64,000 bases of DNA. It comes from Armatimonadota bacterium. GTDB taxonomy: Bacteria; Armatimonadota; HRBIN16. The stretch covers positions 2,656,001 to 2,720,000 of the forward strand of contig OY781964.1 in assembly GCA_963677485.1 (NCBI GenBank), in the 5' to 3' direction. Below the pieces are notes generated by a model. It saw only the letters and a program-made list of their open reading frames with translations. It did no database searches and was not told where the DNA came from. The translations under genes and the position numbers were made by a program. Of the stretch, positions 29,322 to 39,387 are shown in pieces (within the stretch, counting starts at the first letter, position 1; each line of letters starts with the position of its first letter).

Positions 29322-31091
29322 ATGAAAATCACACGCAGAGATGCCCTAAAAGGAATGGTTGCCGGAGCCAGTGTGCTGGCCTGCGGCATGGAAACTAAGG
29401 AGGTACAAGCACAAGTGCAGACGAAACAGAAAGCCATCGAGCGCGAGGGTGCGTTGTTCTGGCTCGAGACCACGCTGAAGCGGATTTACCCCAACTCGCA
29501 GCCGGGCAGTGCAGAGCCGCTCAAGCTGGCGGCTGCACGCGGCGAACGCATCTCCTTCCAGGCCTGTGTGCGCAACACGCGCATGATGCCCATCAGGGTG
29601 AAAGCGGCCGTGGGTGGGGCCGATGGCTTGGCTCCGCAGATCCGTCGCGTGGGTTATGTGCCGATGATGCACCTGAACTCCGATTCGCCCAGGGAGGAAA
29701 CAGACGGCATCGGGCACACCCCTGGTCTGGTGCCTGACCCGCTCTTCCCTACGGATGTCGCGGAAGTAGGCCCAGAGGAGAACATGGCCTTCTGGATCAA
29801 TCTCACCGTGCCGGCAGATGCAGCCACCGGTGTCAGGAAGCTGAGGGCCACCCTGACCATCAACGCGGAATACTACTTCCCCGGCTGGCAGGAGAAGCCC
29901 CCGGTCTCTGTGGATTTGGAGCTGGAGCTGGATGTCAAACCGCTGGTGCTGAAGCCCCGCAAGGCGTTCCCGGCCACGCAGTGGATTAACATCGAATCGA
30001 TCTGGGACTACTACAAGATCGAGCCCTTCTGCGAGCGGTTCTGGGAGCTGGCTGAGGCTTACATAGCCGATATGACCAGGCACGGCTTCAACGTGATCTA
30101 CAGCCCGATTTTCAACAATCGTCATGAGATCATGCCCCGCCCCGGCCAGTTGCTGAAGGTGCGCAGGACGGCACCCGATGTGTATGAGTTTGATTTCAGC
30201 GACATCCGCCGATGGATACGCATCGCGCTCAAGCATGGCGCGGAGCATCTGGAGTGGACGCACCTCTTCACCCCGGCACCCACCAGCGGGAGACACCCTC
30301 AGCGCGTTTTCGAGCGTTGGGAGAAGACCGGCGCCATGCTCTGGCCGTCCGAAACGCTCGCCACATCGGATACCTACCGCCGTTTTTTGATGCAATTGCT
30401 GCCGGCGTTCAAGAAGGTGCTGGAGGAGGAGAATGCACTGGCGGCCTCCCTGTTCCACTGCGCGGATGAGCCGGATGGCCCCGAACAGATCGCCGATTAC
30501 CGCACCGCCCGGGCGATGCTGACCGAGATTGCCCCGTGGATGAAGGTGCTGGACGCCATGAGCGACACCCTCTTCGCCAAAGAGGGGCTGTGCGACATGC
30601 CGGTGCCCAGCATCGCCACGGCGCACATATTCGATCAGGCGGGATGCCCGCACTGGGTGTATTTCTGCTGTGGCCCGCGCGGCGAATGGCTGCAGAGGCT
30701 GTTCGACACCCCGCTGCCCAAAATCCGCATGGCTGGGTGGCTGTTCTACAAGCTCAAGGCGAAGGGTTTCCTACACTGGGGTCACAACTACTGGTATAAA
30801 TTCTGCACGGGTGAAATTCTGGACCCGTTCCAGGATGGATCCACCGGCTTCTGGCCAGGTATGCCATACGGTGATGCGTTTGTGGTCTACCCGGGGCCCG
30901 ATGGGCCGATCGACTCCATCCGCTGGGAGGTGCTGGCCGAATCGATGCAGGACTACGCGCTGCTGCAGTCGGCGGGGATCAACCCGGATGCGATGCTTCT
31001 GGAAGAGCTGAAGAGCTACGCGGTATTCCCCAAGAGCGAGCAGTGGCTGAAGCACGCCCGTGAACTGGTTTTCTCGCAAGGTGCCGGGTAG
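29322..31091 (+). CDS. Tat-exported DUF4091/GH123-like glycoside hydrolase
   Basis: TRRDALK twin-arginine signal; ADEP; WVYFCC, GFLHWG.NYW, GDAFVVYPG, SIRWE motifs. Confidence 0.75.
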   Translation: MKITRRDALKGMVAGASVLACGMETKEVQAQVQTKQKAIEREGALFWLETTLKRIYPNSQPGSAEPLKLAAARGERISFQACVRNTRMMPIRVKAAVGGADGLAPQIRRVGYVPMMHLNSDSPREETDGIGHTPGLVPDPLFPTDVAEVGPEENMAFWINLTVPADAATGVRKLRATLTINAEYYFPGWQEKPPVSVDLELELDVKPLVLKPRKAFPATQWINIESIWDYYKIEPFCERFWELAEAYIADMTRHGFNVIYSPIFNNRHEIMPRPGQLLKVRRTAPDVYEFDFSDIRRWIRIALKHGAEHLEWTHLFTPAPTSGRHPQRVFERWEKTGAMLWPSETLATSDTYRRFLMQLLPAFKKVLEEENALAASLFHCADEPDGPEQIADYRTARAMLTEIAPWMKVLDAMSDTLFAKEGLCDMPVPSIATAHIFDQAGCPHWVYFCCGPRGEWLQRLFDTPLPKIRMAGWLFYKLKAKGFLHWGHNYWYKFCTGEILDPFQDGSTGFWPGMPYGDAFVVYPGPDGPIDSIRWEVLAESMQDYALLQSAGINPDAMLLEELKSYAVFPKSEQWLKHARELVFSQGAG

Positions 31092-31197
31092 CCTGCCTTC
31101 AGCCAACACCCTAAAAGCTGTACACTACTATCAGATGTAACTACTCAGCCATGGGTGAATTATGTCGGAGATAATGATTCGTAATGCCGCTGACCAC

Positions 31198-31432
31198 TTC
31201 CGGACACCCACAAAGTGGGTAAGACTCTTTACAGCCACGGGTGAGCGAAGCGATACCCGTGGTAGGCAGACAGATACCATTTACCCCGAAGGGGTCTACT
31301 GTGGCGACTTGCGAGAGCGATTACAGCAAAAAAGGCGACCCACTTCGGGGTAGGAAAAGTGCAACCTTTACCAGGGGTATCGCTTCGCTCACCCCTGGCT
31401 ATAAGAATCTTACCCACTTCGTGGGTGCCCGG
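31198..31432. repeat. Inverted pair of the repeat family seen at 1-300
   Basis: cacccacaaagtgggtaagactct...cgaagcgataccc is the reverse complement of ggggtatcgcttcgctcacccctggctataagaatcttacccacttcgtgggtgcccgg. Confidence 0.8.
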
Positions 31433-31611
31433 AGGGAAACTCACGGAGTTCGCCAACCATATTTCGGTGGATGGTATGACAATATTGCCCGCTTCGCGTG
31501 TACCCGTAGGGATGCCTTCTGCCAATAGTCTATATGCAAAATGATACTGGCAGTATTATCTGATGGCTGAGTTGTGACAAACAGATTACGACACTCGGGA
31601 AGTAACGATTA

Positions 31612-34107
31612 GTGGATAAACTCAACGGCCTTCACCTTGCGCAGGTCTTGCATGCGCAGGTTGAGGGGAACCCCTCATTTTCAATCGATAGTATCAGTAT
31701 CGATTCTCGCCGCATCGGATCGGATGCGCTGTTTTTTGCTCTGAAGGGACACCATGTCGACGGGTCGCAGTTCGTCGGTTCGGCGTTCCGCAACGGAGCG
31801 GTGGCTTGCGTCGTAAGCCAAGACTACCGGGGCACAGAGGCAGGCGTGCTGCTGCGTGTGGATGACCCCTTGCTGGCGCTGCAGAGGCTGGCGGCCTGGT
31901 GGCGCGACCAGTTTACCGGCAAGGTGATCGCGGTGACCGGCAGCAACGGCAAGACCATCGCCAAAGATGCGCTGGTCAAGATATTGCTCAGTCAGCGATA
32001 TGCTGCGGGAAGCATCGGCAGTTTCAACAGCCAGTTAGGCGTGCCGCTGGCCCTCTGCCGCATCCCGAAAGAGGTGGAGATCGCAGTGATCGAAGCCGGG
32101 ATCAGCGCGCCAGATGAGATGGAGCGGCTCCAGGCGATCATCCGACCGGATTTTGGCATCTTGACCAACATCGGGTTGGCGCACGTGGCGGCGTTTGGAC
32201 GTTCGGAGCAAATCGCCCAGGAGAAGATGAAGCTCTTCTACGATCTTCCGGCGGATGGATGGCTGCTCGCTCCAGCGGTCTGCCCTGAGGTCGAGCCGTT
32301 GTTAGCGGCCGTGCCATGCCCCGTATACCGGTTCGGCGCGCCGAATGGCCAACTGCCCTACGTCGAAAGCCGCATGCGTCAGCATGACGGCACCACCATA
32401 AACATCCGCTTCCCCGATGCCGGAAACAGGCTGGTTCTGTTGCGGAGCTTCTCCATCGAATCCATCGCCAACATAGAAGCGGCTATCTGTGCCGCCTGGC
32501 TTTGCGGATTATCTGCCGACCAGATATGCTCTGCGCTGAACCTTCACGAGCCGGCTCAGACCCGTATGGAGATATGGCGGTCGCCTAACGGCCTCACGCT
32601 CATCAATGATAGCTGTTCCTCTGACCCTATCTCCGTTCAAGCGGCTTTGCGCACACTCCAACAGATGAAGCAGCCGGGCCGTCGGGCGGTATTCGCGTTT
32701 GGCGGAATGCGGGAGTTGGGCGATTATCAGCAGAAGGAGCACGAGCACATCGGTGCTCTGGCCGCGGAGGCGGGTGTGGATACCCTCGCGTTGTTCGGCG
32801 GCGAGGAGCTGGAAGACACCGCGATCGGCTTCCACAAGCTGCGTCCTAACGGCAAGGCGATGCGGTTTGAAGGCGTGCTGGAGATGGCGGAGGCGATCAA
32901 GCAGCAGTTGTGCTCAGGCGATACCGTGCTGTTCAAGGGGCCACGCGGCGGCGGAATTGGGCGCGCTGCCAGGATCATCACCGATGCCATGGCCTACAAC
33001 CGTATGATGGTGGATATGGGCGCGATTGCCGAAAATGTGGCCGCCATACGACGGCTGGTCGGGCCGAAGTGCAAGATACTGGGCATGGTCAAAGCCCTGG
33101 CTTACGGTAGCCATCTTGACCGGTTGAGCACGGAGCTGCAGTCGATCGGACTGGATATGCTGGGCGTCAGCACCGCCGATGAGGGCGTGCAGATACGTCA
33201 AGCGGGAGTCAACCTGCCGATTTTGGTGATGCTCTGCACGCCAGATGAGGTGGATAAGGCGGTTCAAGCACGGATGATCCCGGTGGTCTACAGCTTCGAT
33301 CTGGTGCAGCCGCTCGCTCAAGCGTGCGCTAAGGCGGGGACGGTGCTGCCGGTGCATCTGAAGGTGGATACAGGCATGGGCCGAACGGGCGTCCGACCAG
33401 AGCAGGTGCTGCAACTGGCTGAGCAGGTGCAGGCGACCGGCTGGCTGAAGGTGGCGGGGCTGTTATCGCACTTCGCCTGCGCCGATGACCCGTCAGAAGA
33501 TGAGTTCACCCTGCAGCAGATCGCACGGTTCGAGCAAGCGAAGACCGCTCTGGAGCAAAATGGGTATACCGAGCTGTGCTGCCACACCGCCGCGACCGCT
33601 GGTGCAGTGCGCTTCCCGCAGGCCCATTACGACATGGTACGGATCGGTCTGGGGCTATACGGGTGTTATCCTTCTGAGGCCGTGCAGCCGCTGATCCAGC
33701 TTACCCCAGCGGTGACACTGGTCAGCCGCATCACGGAAGTGCGCGAGTATCGCAAGGGTGACCGCATCGGCTACGCGGGCAGTTTCACGGTGCCTCGTGA
33801 CGGTTACCGCGCGGGCATTCTACCCATCGGATACAACGATGGTCTGCCGCTGATGCTCAGCAATGTGGGCGTGATGATGGTGGATGGCAAGCCCACGCCG
33901 ATTGTAGGGCGTATCAGTATGGACTCCTGCGCGATAGACCTAACCGCGGTGCCTCAGGCGGGTGTGGACACCGAGGTGCTCATCTACGGTCGGCACAACG
34001 GCGGCGAGATACGGCCTGAGCATGTGGCTGAACTGGCCGGCACCCACGTGTGGGAGCTTCTGGTGCGCACCGGCAACCGCGTGCAGCGCGTTTTCGTGGG
34101 GGAATAG
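31612..34107 (+). CDS. murF-alr: Bifunctional MurF ligase / alanine racemase fusion
   Basis: IDSR, VTGSNGKT, SFNSQLGVP, LIND in the N-half; MVKALAYG (PLP Lys), HLKVDTGMGR, GY, GRISMD in the C-half. Confidence 0.92.
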   Translation: MDKLNGLHLAQVLHAQVEGNPSFSIDSISIDSRRIGSDALFFALKGHHVDGSQFVGSAFRNGAVACVVSQDYRGTEAGVLLRVDDPLLALQRLAAWWRDQFTGKVIAVTGSNGKTIAKDALVKILLSQRYAAGSIGSFNSQLGVPLALCRIPKEVEIAVIEAGISAPDEMERLQAIIRPDFGILTNIGLAHVAAFGRSEQIAQEKMKLFYDLPADGWLLAPAVCPEVEPLLAAVPCPVYRFGAPNGQLPYVESRMRQHDGTTINIRFPDAGNRLVLLRSFSIESIANIEAAICAAWLCGLSADQICSALNLHEPAQTRMEIWRSPNGLTLINDSCSSDPISVQAALRTLQQMKQPGRRAVFAFGGMRELGDYQQKEHEHIGALAAEAGVDTLALFGGEELEDTAIGFHKLRPNGKAMRFEGVLEMAEAIKQQLCSGDTVLFKGPRGGGIGRAARIITDAMAYNRMMVDMGAIAENVAAIRRLVGPKCKILGMVKALAYGSHLDRLSTELQSIGLDMLGVSTADEGVQIRQAGVNLPILVMLCTPDEVDKAVQARMIPVVYSFDLVQPLAQACAKAGTVLPVHLKVDTGMGRTGVRPEQVLQLAEQVQATGWLKVAGLLSHFACADDPSEDEFTLQQIARFEQAKTALEQNGYTELCCHTAATAGAVRFPQAHYDMVRIGLGLYGCYPSEAVQPLIQLTPAVTLVSRITEVREYRKGDRIGYAGSFTVPRDGYRAGILPIGYNDGLPLMLSNVGVMMVDGKPTPIVGRISMDSCAIDLTAVPQAGVDTEVLIYGRHNGGEIRPEHVAELAGTHVWELLVRTGNRVQRVFVGE

Positions 34108-34229
34108 GGGCTGGGGAACAGGAAGGGTGGGTCGCCAACAAAACCGCGATCACACCACGAATATTTGTGGATGGCGATTGATAGGTAATGCCAATCGGGA
34201 GATTGGCGTGCCCAGGGCACCACGCCTGC

Positions 34230-35420
34230 CTACGCCTTCCTGGCCACGACCAGCCGGTTGGTATTGGTTCCCGCGGTGTTGTTGGAGGTGCCCCAGATGT
34301 TGGCCGTCTTGGTGAACTGCTGCTGGTTGATCATCACGCACTCCACCGTAAACCCTGCCTGGATCGCCACTGGGATCACTAGCTCCTCCAGACGCACGGT
34401 GGCCTTGCGAACCTCACCCACCTCGAAAGCCACCCATCCGCCGGGCTTGGTGACTCGGTACAGCTCCACAAACACCTCGCCGATGAACCGCTGCCACTCA
34501 TCTACGCTGGCCAGGCACTTGATCTGTTTGCCGATGGCCTCACTGTCCAGTTTGTTGAACCAGCAGCGCAGCCAGTTGTCCTGGGTGTATTGCACGATAT
34601 CCAGAAATGGCGGGGAGGTCACTGTGAGCTGCACGGTGTTGGCAGCGATGGGCATCGAGCGGGCATCGCAGCAGCTCCACATGGCCTCCGACCGCACAGA
34701 GGCTAGATTCTGAATCTGCTGCGGACTGAGTCCCTTCATAAGCTGTCGGTTCTTTTTCAGGATCAAGGCATGCACATCGCGGTATTCGGGCACCTGGTTT
34801 CGCTTGGCATTGATCTTGATCTGGCTGTCTTGACTCACCGCCTGGTTGGGCGGCAGGGTGTAGACGCTGAAAAAGCCGGGGGAGTGGCCCGTCAGCCGGT
34901 TGGTCGCGACCATCCGAATCCAACGGTCTTCCGGACTGTCAGTCAGCCTGTCACGCAGTGTGCATAACTCCTCCAGCGTTTGGGGGTGGTAGAACATGCT
35001 CAGATCGATGTCCGGGCTGGAGCCTTCCTTCGGAATCTGCTGGAGGCGATGGGTGATCGCATCGTAGGATGGCAGCTCCACACGCGGCCGGGCGAATATC
35101 TCTGACAGTGGGTTGACGTCGTTGTTATACGGCACACGTCCCAGCAGTGCTGCCTCCACCGCAGTGGTGCCACGCCCGCCGAAGGGGTCCAGCACCACAT
35201 CACCGGGGGTGGTGACCCGTTCAATAAAAAACCGGGGGAGCTGAGGTTTATAACACGCTCGGTAACTCACCTCGTGGAGGTTACTGGCCTGCCTCTGCTG
35301 GCTGGTCCAGTATTCTTTCACCCAGCAGGGGATGGTCCCACCGCCATCTGTGCTGATGGTGAGCATGGTATCTGACATCATGTCGGCTAGGGGATTTGGA
35401 AGCGTGGAGGTATCTATCAC
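34230..35420 (-). CDS. DNA amino-methyltransferase (N4-C/N6-A type), orphan
   Basis: DPFGGRGT SAM-binding motif and TSPPF catalytic motif. Confidence 0.8.
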   Translation of the reverse strand: MIDTSTLPNPLADMMSDTMLTISTDGGGTIPCWVKEYWTSQQRQASNLHEVSYRACYKPQLPRFFIERVTTPGDVVLDPFGGRGTTAVEAALLGRVPYNNDVNPLSEIFARPRVELPSYDAITHRLQQIPKEGSSPDIDLSMFYHPQTLEELCTLRDRLTDSPEDRWIRMVATNRLTGHSPGFFSVYTLPPNQAVSQDSQIKINAKRNQVPEYRDVHALILKKNRQLMKGLSPQQIQNLASVRSEAMWSCCDARSMPIAANTVQLTVTSPPFLDIVQYTQDNWLRCWFNKLDSEAIGKQIKCLASVDEWQRFIGEVFVELYRVTKPGGWVAFEVGEVRKATVRLEELVIPVAIQAGFTVECVMINQQQFTKTANIWGTSNNTAGTNTNRLVVARKA

Positions 35421-35442
35421 AGGGGTATAAGCTCCTTGGTGT

Positions 35443-35471
35443 TTGCATTGACGCTCAGGTTTCGGTAAAAT
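35443..35471 (+). promoter_or_regulatory. sigma70-type promoter for tRNA-Val
   Basis: TTGCAT-17 bp-TAAAAT just upstream of the tRNA. Confidence 0.6.
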
Positions 35472-35483
35472 AACACACGCTCA

Positions 35484-35560
35484 GGGCGATTAGCTCAGCT
35501 GGTTAGAGCGCTACATTGACATTGTAGAGGTCGCTGGTTCAAGTCCAGTATTGCCCACCA
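35484..35560 (+). tRNA. tRNA-Val(GAC)
   Basis: GGGCGAT/ATTGCCC stem, ctaca-ttGACat-tgtag anticodon arm, GGTTCAAGTCC, encoded CCA. Confidence 0.97.
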
Positions 35561-35732
35561 TTTCTTTTTTTGCCAAGGTCCCTTTTGGGGGTCTTGGCGA
35601 TTTCGGTTTTATGGGATGCATCCTTCCGATCGGTCCAATCCGTCCAATCCGTCGGATCGGGTGAATAGCCCAAAACACCCACTTGGCAAGTAGCGTACAA
35701 TATATATTGTGATAACTCCGGAGGAAACCACC

Positions 35733-35978
35733 ATGACGTATAAAGTAAGAGTGATCGTGACCCTTAAGCCTACCCTGCTGGATGCACAAGGCCGAACTGT
35801 GCAGGAAGCACTGAACTCCCTGGGTTGGGACAATGTGCATAGCGCACGTGTTGGCAAGGTGATCGAGCTTGAAATAGAAGACAACGGAACCGCAGTCGAG
35901 CAGCAAGTGGCTGAGATGTGTAACAAACTTCTGGCCAATCCCGTAGTTGAGAATTACAACATTGAGGTTCTTAAATGA
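35733..35978 (+). CDS. purS: FGAM synthase subunit PurS
   Basis: LK..LLDAQG, RVGK.IEL, LLANPVVENY. Confidence 0.93.
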   Translation: MTYKVRVIVTLKPTLLDAQGRTVQEALNSLGWDNVHSARVGKVIELEIEDNGTAVEQQVAEMCNKLLANPVVENYNIEVLK

Positions 35979-36679
35979 AGTTCGGTGTTCTTGTCTTTCC
36001 CGGCTCTAACTGCGATCAGGACGCCTTCTACGCCATTCAAGAGGACCTGAAGCAGCCTGTAGAATACATCTGGCACCAGCAGACCAGTGTGGGCGACGTC
36101 GATGCAATCATCGTGCCCGGCGGGTTCAGCTATGGAGACTATCTGCGCTGCGGTGCAGTCGCCCGGTTCAGCCCGGTGATGCAGGCCGTAGAGGCCTTTG
36201 CACAGCAGGGCGGACTGGTCATCGGAGTGTGCAACGGCTTCCAGATTCTCTGCGAAGCACACCTTCTACCCGGCGCACTGATTCGCAATGACTGTCTGCG
36301 TTTCGTCTGCAAGCATGTCAAGCTAAAAGTTGAAAATGCCAGCACTCAGTTTACCCAGGATTGTCAGCCAAACGAGATTCTAAACATCCCTATCGCTCAT
36401 GGTGAAGGCAAGTACGTTGCTGATGAAGATACTCTTCAACGGCTTAACGCTAACGGGCAAGTGATGTTCCGCTATGTAGATGCCAGTGGCAACCCCACAG
36501 AGCAAGCTAACCCCAACGGTTCGGCACAGAATATTGCCGGCATATGCAACGAAAAGTTCAATGTATTGGGCATGATGCCACACCCTGAGCGGGCCTGCAA
36601 CATCCGCTTGGGCAGTAAAGATGGTATCAAGCTGTTCACCAGTATGGTGCGCAGCGGCATTTCTGCCCTCGGTAAATAG
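35975..36679 (+). CDS. purQ: FGAM synthase glutaminase subunit PurQ
   Basis: [35 protein letters not shown]. Confidence 0.96.
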   Translation: MKFGVLVFPGSNCDQDAFYAIQEDLKQPVEYIWHQQTSVGDVDAIIVPGGFSYGDYLRCGAVARFSPVMQAVEAFAQQGGLVIGVCNGFQILCEAHLLPGALIRNDCLRFVCKHVKLKVENASTQFTQDCQPNEILNIPIAHGEGKYVADEDTLQRLNANGQVMFRYVDASGNPTEQANPNGSAQNIAGICNEKFNVLGMMPHPERACNIRLGSKDGIKLFTSMVRSGISALGK

Positions 36680-36698
36680 CTGCAAGGAGGCATCGACC

Positions 36699-37136
36699 AT
36701 GGCTAATATCCTGAAAGAGGGAGAGCGCATCGAAATACTCGTGCGTGACCAATCTCCTGAAGATCTCAAAAACCGAAACTACTACACCTTCTGGGGTGGG
36801 CTCACAGGCGTCATCTATCGCATCTATGCTGACGGTAAAGCAGCAGTGCAGGTAGACAATGACGCGTTGCCGGATGTTGTCATCAAACGGCATATCCAGG
36901 CACAGGAGCGTATGAAGAAGCGATGGGTGGACAGCCTTTCCGATGAAGCACGAAACCGCCTGACCCCGGAAGAGAAGCAGTTCAAACTGAAGTACATGAT
37001 CCTGGTTGACCTGGGTGATCTGGTGGCTTCCAGCCGAATGCCATTGCCCAAGGAACAGCAGAAGCGTAAGTCGTCTGCCGATCTGGACCGTGCTGAGGCT
37101 CAATACCTCAACACCCCGCCGGAGCCCACGTTCTAA
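36699..37136 (+). CDS. Hypothetical protein
   Basis: RBS aaggagg; stop overlaps the hisF start (taatg). Confidence 0.75.
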   Translation: MANILKEGERIEILVRDQSPEDLKNRNYYTFWGGLTGVIYRIYADGKAAVQVDNDALPDVVIKRHIQAQERMKKRWVDSLSDEARNRLTPEEKQFKLKYMILVDLGDLVASSRMPLPKEQQKRKSSADLDRAEAQYLNTPPEPTF

Positions 37137-37918
37137 TGCTGGCTAAACGAGTTATCCCCTGCCTGGATGTAAAAAACGGCCGTGTGGTGAAGGGTGTCAA
37201 CTTCGTGAACCTGCGAGATGCAGGCGACCCGGTTGAGCTTGGGGCTGAATACGACCGTCAAGGCGCGGATGAGTTGGTTTTCCTGGATATCACCGCCAGC
37301 CACGAGCAACGCGACATCGTGGCGGCGATGGCCGCCCGTGTGGCGGAGCAAGTCTTTATCCCCTTCACCGTGGGCGGCGGCATCCGTACCGTAGAGGACT
37401 TCCGGCAGGTGTTGAAGGCGGGTGCCGATAAAATCAGCATCAACACCGCAGCGGTGACCACTCCCCACTTAATCAGCGAGGCGGCGGAGCGGTTTGGCAG
37501 CCAGTGCGTGGTGGTGGCGATAGACCCCAAACGGGTGGGCACCAAACCAGACGGCACCCCAAAATGGGAAGTTTTTACCCACGGAGGGCGCACCCCGACT
37601 GGGCTGGATGCTATTGAGTGGGCATTGGAAGTCGAACGGCTGGGAGCGGGCGAAATTCTTCTGACTAGCATGGACCGTGACGGCACGCAGGATGGGTTCA
37701 ACATCCCTCTGACCAGGGCTGTGGCAGAGGCGGTCGGTATTCCGGTGATCGCATCGGGTGGAGCCGGCACCCCGGAGCACCTGGTGAAAGCGGTGACCGA
37801 AGGAAAGGCCGACGCGGCACTTATCGCCAGCATGGTTCACGACGGAAACTACACCATCGCGCTAATCAAGCAGGTAATGGCTGAACAGGGTATCCCAGTT
37901 CGGCAGATTACCGTTTAG
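37136..37918 (+). CDS. hisF: Imidazole glycerol phosphate synthase cyclase subunit
   Basis: [44 protein letters not shown]. Confidence 0.97.
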   Translation: MLAKRVIPCLDVKNGRVVKGVNFVNLRDAGDPVELGAEYDRQGADELVFLDITASHEQRDIVAAMAARVAEQVFIPFTVGGGIRTVEDFRQVLKAGADKISINTAAVTTPHLISEAAERFGSQCVVVAIDPKRVGTKPDGTPKWEVFTHGGRTPTGLDAIEWALEVERLGAGEILLTSMDRDGTQDGFNIPLTRAVAEAVGIPVIASGGAGTPEHLVKAVTEGKADAALIASMVHDGNYTIALIKQVMAEQGIPVRQITV

Positions 37919-37964
37919 TCGGCGAAGAATCCCGACCCCGCATCGTGCTTGTAAGTAACTGCTC

Positions 37965-38071
37965 GTAGGGGCGTCCCTTGTGGGCGCCTAAGGGCAAGCA
38001 CGGGGGCTTGCCCCTACGTGCGCCCGTATATACGACCCGTTTCGGTAGGGGCAACCCCCCGTGGTTGCCCG
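37965..38071. repeat. GTAG REP cluster
   Basis: gtaggggcgtcccttgtgggcgcc...gcccctac; gtaggggcaacccccgtggttgccc. Confidence 0.8.
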
Positions 38072-38174
38072 TTTCCCAAAAACCGTCCGCCGGACGCACC
38101 TGTATCCGTTACAGTATCGGTTGCCGTGCCAGCACGGGCGGTTGCTTGTTGCTCATACTGAGGAGGCCTATAAA

Positions 38175-38774
38175 ATGCTGCGCCGTTATCCATCTCTTCG
38201 TGTGGTCATCCCACTTGCGCTGCTTCTCATCGCGATCAGCTTAGGCCGGTATCTCATCGAGGGTGCCGCAGGCGGCACCGCCCCCTTTGTGAAGTTGAGC
38301 CCGTCAAAGGTGAATTTCGTTCTTGTGGGTGATGATCTCCGTGCTGTGATATCCAACCACACCGTGTTTATCTATAATGCCGCGGATGTGCAGGGCAAGT
38401 CATTCGCTGCCGGACAAGAGCCCGCCATCAAGCCGGGAGCCCGTCCATTGACCGTAGAGCAGGCGATGGCCAAAGGTGGCCTTGTGATGACCGAGAAGCA
38501 GTTGAAGTCCGCGGAGATGCATACAGTAGATGCACCGAAACCGATGGTTGGGAAATACGCGGTTGTGCAAGTGCAATTAACGCCTGAGGGAAGGCAGCGT
38601 CTGGCGCGCTTCACCCGTGAGAATCCAGGCAAGCAGGTTGCGATCAGTGTGAATGGAACCTGGACGGCAACTTTTGATATCGAAGGCACACTAGCCGTCA
38701 GCGGGTTCACGATTGAACCCGTTTGGGCCATCCCTCTGGCCACTGACATGGCTGTAGCCATAAACGGTCAGTAA
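38175..38774 (+). CDS. Membrane-anchored protein with a SecDF P1 head-like domain
   Basis: N-terminal TM; V.V.LT.EG...LARFTREN.GKQVAISVNG pattern. Confidence 0.55.
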   Translation: MLRRYPSLRVVIPLALLLIAISLGRYLIEGAAGGTAPFVKLSPSKVNFVLVGDDLRAVISNHTVFIYNAADVQGKSFAAGQEPAIKPGARPLTVEQAMAKGGLVMTEKQLKSAEMHTVDAPKPMVGKYAVVQVQLTPEGRQRLARFTRENPGKQVAISVNGTWTATFDIEGTLAVSGFTIEPVWAIPLATDMAVAINGQ

Positions 38775-39387
38775 CTTTTTCCCCCGGTTGCGAGGCCACC
38801 GCGCAAAGGTAGCCTTCTGCCGGTTCGCTCCACGTCAACTGGTGGTCTTGATGTACCGGCTGCCAGTGATCATCAAGAACCGCGTGCTCCAACCCATGGC
38901 CTATTCCGCATCCGCTGGCCTTTACTAGTGCCTCTTTGCCAGTCCATATGCGGGTAAAGGTAGATGCAAATTCATCAGCGGGTACCGACTGCAGCCTGGT
39001 GCATTCCTCGACACTAAAGAACCGTCTGGCGATATCCATGCCGCAGTGCTGGCCGCGGATGGCTTCGACATCCACACCCACCGGTCCTTCGGAGCTGAGC
39101 GCAATGGCCACCAGTTCACCGCTATGGCTGGCGTTGAACCAGACCCTGTGTTGCGGAAGATATGGCTTACCGTAGATATTACGCAGTATCTCAAGATCAG
39201 CCGGATGAACTCCAGTGCGTTCCGATAGAAGCCACCTGACAGCCGCGCGTGAGATGGAACTCCGAAGCTGGTCATCCTCGCGCCGAAACCGTTCGATCTC
39301 ACTGCGTTCCAGATCACTGAGAATCTGCTGCATGGCGTTGACATGCACACGCCACTCCGCAGTGTGAAGCAGGTAGAGATCAGCCAT
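38707..39387 (-). CDS. Sfp-type 4'-phosphopantetheinyl transferase
   Basis: YGKP, FNASHS, VGVDVE, WTGKEALVKA; overlaps the NRPS stop. Confidence 0.92.
   Translation of the reverse strand: MADLYLLHTAEWRVHVNAMQQILSDLERSEIERFRREDDQLRSSISRAAVRWLLSERTGVHPADLEILRNIYGKPYLPQHRVWFNASHSGELVAIALSSEGPVGVDVEAIRGQHCGMDIARRFFSVEECTRLQSVPADEFASTFTRIWTGKEALVKASGCGIGHGLEHAVLDDHWQPVHQDHQLTWSEPAEGYLCAVASQPGEKVTDRLWLQPCQWPEGWPKRVQS

Noticed and set aside
8780-31500. Integrative island anchored at tRNA-Ser
   Set aside because: Accessory-looking genes follow the tRNA, but I saw no integrase and no duplicated tRNA 3' end
35733-37918. purS-purQ without purL, joined to hisF
   Set aside because: Scattered pur and his genes are common; purL is probably elsewhere in the genome
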